Below are positions 58,630 through 64,000 of a stretch of DNA of 64,000 bases, one piece after another. Location: positions 15,503-79,502 of the forward strand of contig JAWODM010000021.1 in assembly GCA_046483305.1 (NCBI GenBank). Reading direction: 5' to 3'. The DNA is from Candidatus Krumholzibacteriales bacterium (GTDB lineage Bacteria; Krumholzibacteriota; Krumholzibacteriia; Krumholzibacteriales; WJIX01). Below the pieces are notes generated by a model. The model had not been told where the DNA came from, made no database searches, and saw only the letters and a program-made list of their open reading frames with translations. Position numbers and translations under genes: made by a program. Position 1 is the first letter of the stretch, and every line of letters begins with the position of its first letter.

Positions 58630-59199
58630 TCAATCCCGCTTCTTCCTCAGGGCGCCCCTCGCCAATTTATCGGCTTCCCTGTTCTGATCCCGGCCGATAT
58701 GCCGGAATTCGCAACTGTCAAACTGCCGGGAGAGCCAGCCGGCTTTCAGCGCCAGCTCTCTCAGGTGGTCCGATTTTATTTTATATTTGCCGTTCATCTG
58801 GTTGACCACCAGCTGGCTGTCTATTTTAAGAACCACTTTTCTGACATTCAGGTCCCGGGCCAGTTCCAGCCCCAGAATAGCCGCCCGGTACTCGGCAACG
58901 TTATTGGTGGTTTTTCCCAGTTTTTCAGTCCTGCTGGTCAGAATATCTCCAGAAGGCAGATAAGCTACCGCGGCGGCGGCGGACGGGCCGGGATTCCCGC
59001 TGGAGGCCCCGTCGCAATTAACGGTCAGGTATTCCGGCATGGCGCTTCCAGTTTCCGCCTTCACGCCTCTTATACGCTCAATCACCCCGTAAAGGTCCTT
59101 CTCTATCTCAGAATTATCCCTGTACCCCGCTTTGTCCCTGGCCTTATCCGGTTCTTCGCCCAGAGCCAGGGCTTCTATGAATCTGCTCAGTTTTTTCAT
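58630..59199 (-). CDS. rnhA: Ribonuclease HI family protein
   Basis: CDGASSGNPG, TNNVAEY, IDSQLVVNQM, NREADKLA acidic catalytic residues. Confidence 0.9.
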   Translation of the reverse strand: MKKLSRFIEALALGEEPDKARDKAGYRDNSEIEKDLYGVIERIRGVKAETGSAMPEYLTVNCDGASSGNPGPSAAAAVAYLPSGDILTSRTEKLGKTTNNVAEYRAAILGLELARDLNVRKVVLKIDSQLVVNQMNGKYKIKSDHLRELALKAGWLSRQFDSCEFRHIGRDQNREADKLARGALRKKRD

Positions 59200-59933
59200 T
59201 AATTTTCCTGATCTTCATCCGGCGTATAGTGGACCAGTATCCTCCCGCAGTTCTCACACCTTATAATCCGGTCGTTCTTTTTCACTTCATGCGATATCTG
59301 GGGAGGGACCTTGGAGAAACATCCCTGGCATATTTCGTTCCTGAGATTGGCTACGCCCGAGTCTCCTTTTGCCTTCAGAACCCTGCTGTACTGATTCCGC
59401 ACCCCTTCGGAAATATGGGGCATAACCCGGATTTTTTCATCTCTGATAACGGCAAGTTCGTCCCTGCTCCGCTGCATCTCTCTCTCCAGTTTTTCCTTCT
59501 TCTGCAGCAGGTCCTTTTTCTTTTCTTCTATATCCCTGCTGAACCGGTCGAGCTCTTCCTGGATTCTGTCGATCTTCTCCAGGTCAATAAGCATTTTTTC
59601 TTCATGATTATCCAGTTTCTTCTTCAGATAGGCGATTTCATGTTCCCAGGCGCGGTAGGCGGCATTTGTTTTGATACGGCTCTCTTCTATCTTCTTCTGC
59701 CTTATCTTGTCAGTTTCGCTGTCTATAGCGCTTTTCAGATGTCTCTTCTCCTTTTCAAGCGAATCCAGCTCCGCCTTCTTCTCTTCAACCTGCCGGTCCA
59801 TTTCTTTAAGCTTCTTGTCGATTTCTTCTATCTTTTCGGGATTTCTCCCCAGGATATTCATTTTCCGCTTAATAGCCATATCCTTCTTGACCAGCTGTAT
59901 CAGATATTTAATGTCCTCTTTAACATCCACCAT
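59199..59933 (-). CDS. Coiled-coil C4 zinc-ribbon protein (DUF164; CT398/HP0958-like)
   Basis: Long coiled coil then CQGCF..P...CENCGRIL; adjacent to RNase HI. Confidence 0.9.
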   Translation of the reverse strand: MVDVKEDIKYLIQLVKKDMAIKRKMNILGRNPEKIEEIDKKLKEMDRQVEEKKAELDSLEKEKRHLKSAIDSETDKIRQKKIEESRIKTNAAYRAWEHEIAYLKKKLDNHEEKMLIDLEKIDRIQEELDRFSRDIEEKKKDLLQKKEKLEREMQRSRDELAVIRDEKIRVMPHISEGVRNQYSRVLKAKGDSGVANLRNEICQGCFSKVPPQISHEVKKNDRIIRCENCGRILVHYTPDEDQEN

Positions 59934-59953
59934 ATTTTAACCCCCGTTATATC

Positions 59954-59986
59954 AAACAAAAAACGCTTCCCGAAGAGGAAGCGTTT
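59954..59986 (-). terminator. Intrinsic terminator just upstream of the zinc-ribbon gene
   Basis: AAACGCTTCC-TCTTCG-GGAAGCGTTT followed by TTTGTTT on the minus strand. Confidence 0.7.
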
Positions 59987-60175
59987 CGAATACACTCTGA
60001 TGTCCGGGTGTTTTACACCATTCACCCGGAAGCCTCATATTTCTGATAAGGATAAAATACAAAATCTAACCCCAATCCGTTGAATCCTGGAATTCGAATC
60101 CTATATGTTAATACAACCGTGGAATTACGGTCAACATTTTTCTTGAAACTTTTTTATTTCAGGTCAGCGCCGCTG

Positions 60176-61048
60176 TTAAAGGTTGTATTTCCTGATCCAC
60201 TCGCCGGCATATTTACCCAGAGGAGATCCCCGCATATCTATAATCTCGTCACGGTACTGTTCCACCAGCAGGGACCTGAATGAGTCCGGTATCTCTATGG
60301 GAAGGCCTTCGTTGGTTTTCTTATCGGGCAGCTCGAGCTTTTCGATCCGCTCCGCCCCCAGGAATTCCAGAACATCCCTGAAGAAACGCTCCGGGCTTCG
60401 CTTGAGGTCGTCAAAAAAACCTGTATGAACGTTTCTGAAATATTTTCTCCACATGCCGGCGGCAGCAGGGTATGAAATCCATTCCCGGCGAATTCTGAGA
60501 AAGGCCTGGCGGAATTCACTCTCCGGAACTTCCCGGAACTCTCTGCCCCGGTGGCGGAGCAGGTTCATCCTGGCCTTCGACCAGGTTCTGGCCACCGGGT
60601 CTCTTACCAGCAGGATAATTCTGATTTCAGGATTATACCTGGCTATCCTTCCAATATCCTCTTCCTGAAGATGATAGTACAGCGGACTGATGTCCCCCGT
60701 AATCAGGCTGCCGCTCTTTTCAAAAAGAGAACGATACCATTGTTCACTCCTTCTGCCGAATGCGTATCGGAGATACCATCCTATCTCCGGGGCCGGCGCT
60801 CTTCCCAGCAGCACTCTGGCGAAGTGCTTGACCAGTTCTTTCCTGATCTGGCGGAAGTGCCAGTGAGACGAGAAAAGAGCCCTGGAAACCGAGTGAGCGG
60901 GCAACAGATTCCCCTCATTCCAGTACCGGATTTCCTTCTGGGGAGTCATATGGAACTCCGGGTGGGATTTCAGCGTTACGTACAGCGATGAAGTGGCGGT
61001 CCTCTCCGGCCCTATGCAGATGAAGTCCGGTTTGCGCAGATCAGTCAT
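60176..61048 (-). CDS. Sulfotransferase family protein (PAPS-dependent)
   Basis: PDFICIGPERTATSSL (5'-PSB), KEIRYW, GDISPLY, LVRDPVARTWS (3'-PB). Confidence 0.85.
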   Translation of the reverse strand: MTDLRKPDFICIGPERTATSSLYVTLKSHPEFHMTPQKEIRYWNEGNLLPAHSVSRALFSSHWHFRQIRKELVKHFARVLLGRAPAPEIGWYLRYAFGRRSEQWYRSLFEKSGSLITGDISPLYYHLQEEDIGRIARYNPEIRIILLVRDPVARTWSKARMNLLRHRGREFREVPESEFRQAFLRIRREWISYPAAAGMWRKYFRNVHTGFFDDLKRSPERFFRDVLEFLGAERIEKLELPDKKTNEGLPIEIPDSFRSLLVEQYRDEIIDMRGSPLGKYAGEWIRKYNL

Positions 61049-61103
61049 GAGTATTATCCGTTTTTTCCCCCGGCAATTGGATACTCTTCGCAATTCCCTG
61101 TCT

Positions 61104-62558
61104 TCAACCCGCCTCCGTTTCTCTGCTCCAGAGCCGTTCCAGCAATTCAGCCGGAATAGTGGAGCGTTTTACCAGGCTTACTGTTACTATAACTGCCAGG
61201 CTGACCAGCGAGCCGGCAATGAAACCGTGAATCCCTAAAGGTTTCTTCAGGTACGTCCAGACAACAGCTGTCAGGGCTCCCGCTACCATTGAAAAGAAAG
61301 CCCCGGCGCGGCTGGCGCCCTTCCAGTAAAGGCCGAATATCAGCGGCCAGAGATTGGTGGAAGCTATTACCGCCCATGAGAAGCCGGTCAGAACCAGAAT
61401 AAGAGCGGGAGGCTTCAGGGCGATCAGAAGAGATATCACGCCCACTGCCACGCTGACTGCCCTGATCGCGTTTATCTCCCGCCTTCCGGTCATCTTCTTT
61501 CCCAGCCCTTCGATATAGACGTCTCTTACCAGAGAACTTGAGACTATCATCAGCACCCCGGCAAACGTGGACATTCCCGCCGCCACTACCCCTGCCAGGA
61601 GTACTGCCGCACCGAGCGGGGACAGCACCAGGCTGGAAAGCCTGGGAATGGCCAGATCGGGATTTTCCAGCGGAGGGAGCAGAATTCTGGACAGGGCGCC
61701 GTTGAGATACGGCAGTACCGCAATGGCGGCCCCCACAGTAACAATCACTGTGCCCAGCCTGAAAGTCTTCTCATTCTTAATGGAATAGAAACGTATTACC
61801 AGCTGAGGCATCCCCCAGACTCCCAGGCTTACCACCAGGCAGAAACTTATCAGTCCCGCCCACCCCCAGACACCGGGAGTATTCACGAACTCGGCGCCGG
61901 AGGATTGAAGTTTGAGCAGGCCGGCGCTCAGCCCGCCCACTGCCGAAAGAGTCTTCCAGGTCAGTAGTATCAGGCTGAAAATCATTACCCATGCCTGTAT
62001 GAATCCGGTCCAGACCACCGCGCTGTAACCTCCCAGCACCACGTATATTATTATCACCGCTCCCGAGATCAACACTCCCCCCCAGTAAGGCAGGTCCATG
62101 AGAACCTCGAATGAGTGAGCCATCCCCTTGACTACACTCACGTTATAAATAATTAGAAACAGGAATATAATCATGGCGGAGAAAATACCCGCTTCGGGGG
62201 ACTGGAATCTTCTGGTGAAGAATCCCGAGATGGTATTCACATTCATTCTCTCAGTGAACCTGCGGACTCTCCTCCCCATCACAATCCAGCAGAGAGTGCA
62301 TCCTACCGCCACATTGATAGCCCCTATCCATATAGTACCCATCCCGAATTTATAACCGAACCCCCCTCCGCCTATTATAAGCACCGAGCTGAAATATACC
62401 GCTATAAAGGAAAGGGCGGTGACCCATGGGCCGATCTCGCGGCCTCCGATCACAAAATCGTTGGCGGTCACATTCTTTCTGGCGCTCCAGATTCCGATCC
62501 CCAGAAGAATCCCTATATACAATATCAGAACAATTACCGAGGCTGTAAGAATACTCAA
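61104..62558 (-). CDS. Sodium:solute symporter (PutP/PanF-like)
   Basis: DFVIGGREIGPWVTALS, YVVLGGYSAVVWTGFIQ, GMPQLVIRFY, AAGMST; about 13 TMs. Confidence 0.92.
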   Translation of the reverse strand: MSILTASVIVLILYIGILLGIGIWSARKNVTANDFVIGGREIGPWVTALSFIAVYFSSVLIIGGGGFGYKFGMGTIWIGAINVAVGCTLCWIVMGRRVRRFTERMNVNTISGFFTRRFQSPEAGIFSAMIIFLFLIIYNVSVVKGMAHSFEVLMDLPYWGGVLISGAVIIIYVVLGGYSAVVWTGFIQAWVMIFSLILLTWKTLSAVGGLSAGLLKLQSSGAEFVNTPGVWGWAGLISFCLVVSLGVWGMPQLVIRFYSIKNEKTFRLGTVIVTVGAAIAVLPYLNGALSRILLPPLENPDLAIPRLSSLVLSPLGAAVLLAGVVAAGMSTFAGVLMIVSSSLVRDVYIEGLGKKMTGRREINAIRAVSVAVGVISLLIALKPPALILVLTGFSWAVIASTNLWPLIFGLYWKGASRAGAFFSMVAGALTAVVWTYLKKPLGIHGFIAGSLVSLAVIVTVSLVKRSTIPAELLERLWSRETEAG

Positions 62559-62686
62559 GAGCTCTCCCCCTTCCTCTCCCCGCTTCTCCTGATATCATTA
62601 AGGGCCCAGAGAACAGCAGCCAGGATGCTGAGCCCGATTACTATGAACGGAGTGAAAGTCAGCCATGGAAAATTAAAAGGTCCCAT
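62555..62686 (-). CDS. Small single-TM protein coupled to the symporter (43 aa)
   Basis: MGPFNFPWLTFTPFIVIGLSILAAVLWALNDIRRSGERKGESS; strong AAGGGAGG RBS; TGA overlaps the symporter TTG start (TTGA). Confidence 0.7.
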   Translation of the reverse strand: MGPFNFPWLTFTPFIVIGLSILAAVLWALNDIRRSGERKGESS

Positions 62687-62707
62687 TCCTTACCTCCCTT
62701 TTTGATA

Positions 62708-64000
62708 TCAGTACTTGAAATATATCTGGCACCTCAGAAAGTCCGCCGGGTCGGCATCCTCAAAGTAGTAATTTCCAGGGTAGAACCGCTCCCAGAGAAG
62801 GTGCCCGCTGAGATAATCGGTGTAGTTCCAGCTGAATTTAAGAATAGAGAGCAGGCCCCGGTCGCTCCCCCCCGCCACCGCCGGCGAAGGATCGCCGCTG
62901 TCCATAACAGGCTCCTCCGGCGCTGTCATATAATAAACAGACGCGTCAACTCCTATATTTTCATGGGGCTTCAGCGAGAGCGAAACATCAAGGGAAGCCA
63001 GATTCTCCCAGTAAGCAACCCCCCGGCCAAGTGAAGCCATGGTATATATGTAAAGGTCGCTCCACTTGGGCCACCTGCTGTAGAGCGGGTTCCATCCCTC
63101 GAATTCAGGTGTGCCCGGGTCGTCACCGGACAGATAGATCAACCCCCCACCCAGCTGAGGTTTCATGAGAACCGGGAATCGGTATTCCGAATGAATATAC
63201 CCCCCGATGGCCGCCCGGTCCGCCCCCAGCATATCCCCAAACTGATAAGCCAGTTCGCCGGCGTAACTTCCACCCTTGCCCCAGGTTCCGCTCAATCTTG
63301 TTCCCACGGTGTGAATATCGTCCCAGCCTCCCGGGTCCCGGTTTTCGGACTTGAAGAAGTAATAACCCTCGATTTTTCTATTCTCAAGAGAATGGTCCAC
63401 CAGATAGAGCCCCGCTCCTCTTTCCTCTCTTTCGATCAACCCCTTGTGAAGTGAATTCACCACCGGCAGGTAACGATCCCAGGTGGGATCGTAGAGTATA
63501 TGAAACTCCAGGTACCTCTCTTCCAGTTCGGCCCTCAGCCGGAGAGCGTTGAAATAAATGGTCCGGGACCCGTCCAACGGTCCGCCGTCCATCATCAGGA
63601 AACCTTCCCCGTACATTATATTCTGCCTTCCGGCCTTGATACTGACTGGAGAGCCGGCTATCCGCTCCGCCGATATATAAAGATTCTCGAATACCAGCTC
63701 ATCTATCTCGAAATCCCTCTCTTCGTAACCCCTGGTCGATTTGAACCAGTGCCGGTGTTCGTTGTTGATCCGGGCATATATCTCCCATCCGGCCCGGTGG
63801 CGCCAGCTTCCCCAGAGCTGCGAACGCACCCTCACGAAGTTCCAGTCGTCCGCCCCCGAATCATTCAGATCAAACCCGTTTTTAATGTATGTCTGCCTGA
63901 TCCTCTCACCGAATCCGAAACTTAATCCGCTCTTATTATCCGCTGATGCCGGAACGGACAGAAGCGTCCAAACAAAAATAACGGAAAGCAGAATAATTGC
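62708..64000 (-). CDS. Alginate-export (AlgE-like) family outer-membrane beta-barrel, 5'-truncated by the window edge
   Basis: Frame open to base 64000 and includes a signal peptide (AIILLSVIFVWTLLSVPASA); KAGRQNIMYGEGFLMMDG.P.DGSR, HTVGTRL, ELAYQFG, YLSGDD; ends in aromatic residue. Confidence 0.75.
   Translation of the reverse strand, partial: AIILLSVIFVWTLLSVPASADNKSGLSFGFGERIRQTYIKNGFDLNDSGADDWNFVRVRSQLWGSWRHRAGWEIYARINNEHRHWFKSTRGYEERDFEIDELVFENLYISAERIAGSPVSIKAGRQNIMYGEGFLMMDGGPLDGSRTIYFNALRLRAELEERYLEFHILYDPTWDRYLPVVNSLHKGLIEREERGAGLYLVDHSLENRKIEGYYFFKSENRDPGGWDDIHTVGTRLSGTWGKGGSYAGELAYQFGDMLGADRAAIGGYIHSEYRFPVLMKPQLGGGLIYLSGDDPGTPEFEGWNPLYSRWPKWSDLYIYTMASLGRGVAYWENLASLDVSLSLKPHENIGVDASVYYMTAPEEPVMDSGDPSPAVAGGSDRGLLSILKFSWNYTDYLSGHLLWERFYPGNYYFEDADPADFLRCQIYFKY

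Noticed and set aside
1..64000. CRISPR arrays, rRNA, tRNA, transposases, integrases, prophage genes
   Set aside because: No regularly spaced repeats or diagnostic motifs seen; intergenic gaps are short and largely accounted for

Overview
Bacterial chromosomal segment, mostly minus-strand genes. An FlgD-Ig-type 'PNPFNP' C-terminal domain and the Omp85/TamB genes point to a diderm organism, probably from the FCB-related candidate phyla (Latescibacterota/Krumholzibacteriota-like; inference only). The left half (1-33 kb) is accessory. It holds a secreted beta-propeller hydrolase, a DUF4846 protein, an AT-rich PD-(D/E)XK-like ORF and an M28 peptidase. It also holds an apparently self-contained sigma-54 signalling cassette: orphan family-5 SBP lipoprotein, HAMP kinase, NtrC-type activator and TPR lipoprotein, with a readable -24/-12 promoter, IHF-like site and two palindromic enhancers. 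A metal/Fe-S/redox neighbourhood follows (Rrf2, Cys-rich YHS protein, DjlA, DUF89, ferritin-like, cytochrome P460, ferric-reductase-like, minimal SufCB/SMS) and contains an unannotated ~186-nt RNA with 6S-like geometry. An SLC13 relic, an asparagine-synthetase homologue lacking the catalytic Cys and a GAF/5xPAS kinase complete this half. The right half (33-60 kb) is core genome: uvrD/pcrA, three outer-membrane assembly genes, rseP-dxr-cdsA-uppS-frr-pyrH-tsf-rpsB-rpsI-rplM, mtnA, yjbQ, maf, dtd, recJ, RNase P RNA, RNase HI and a zinc-ribbon protein. The window ends in a porin/small protein/Na+ symporter/sulfotransferase operon. No tRNA, rRNA, CRISPR array or transposase was seen. All calls come from motif recognition by eye; no searches were run.
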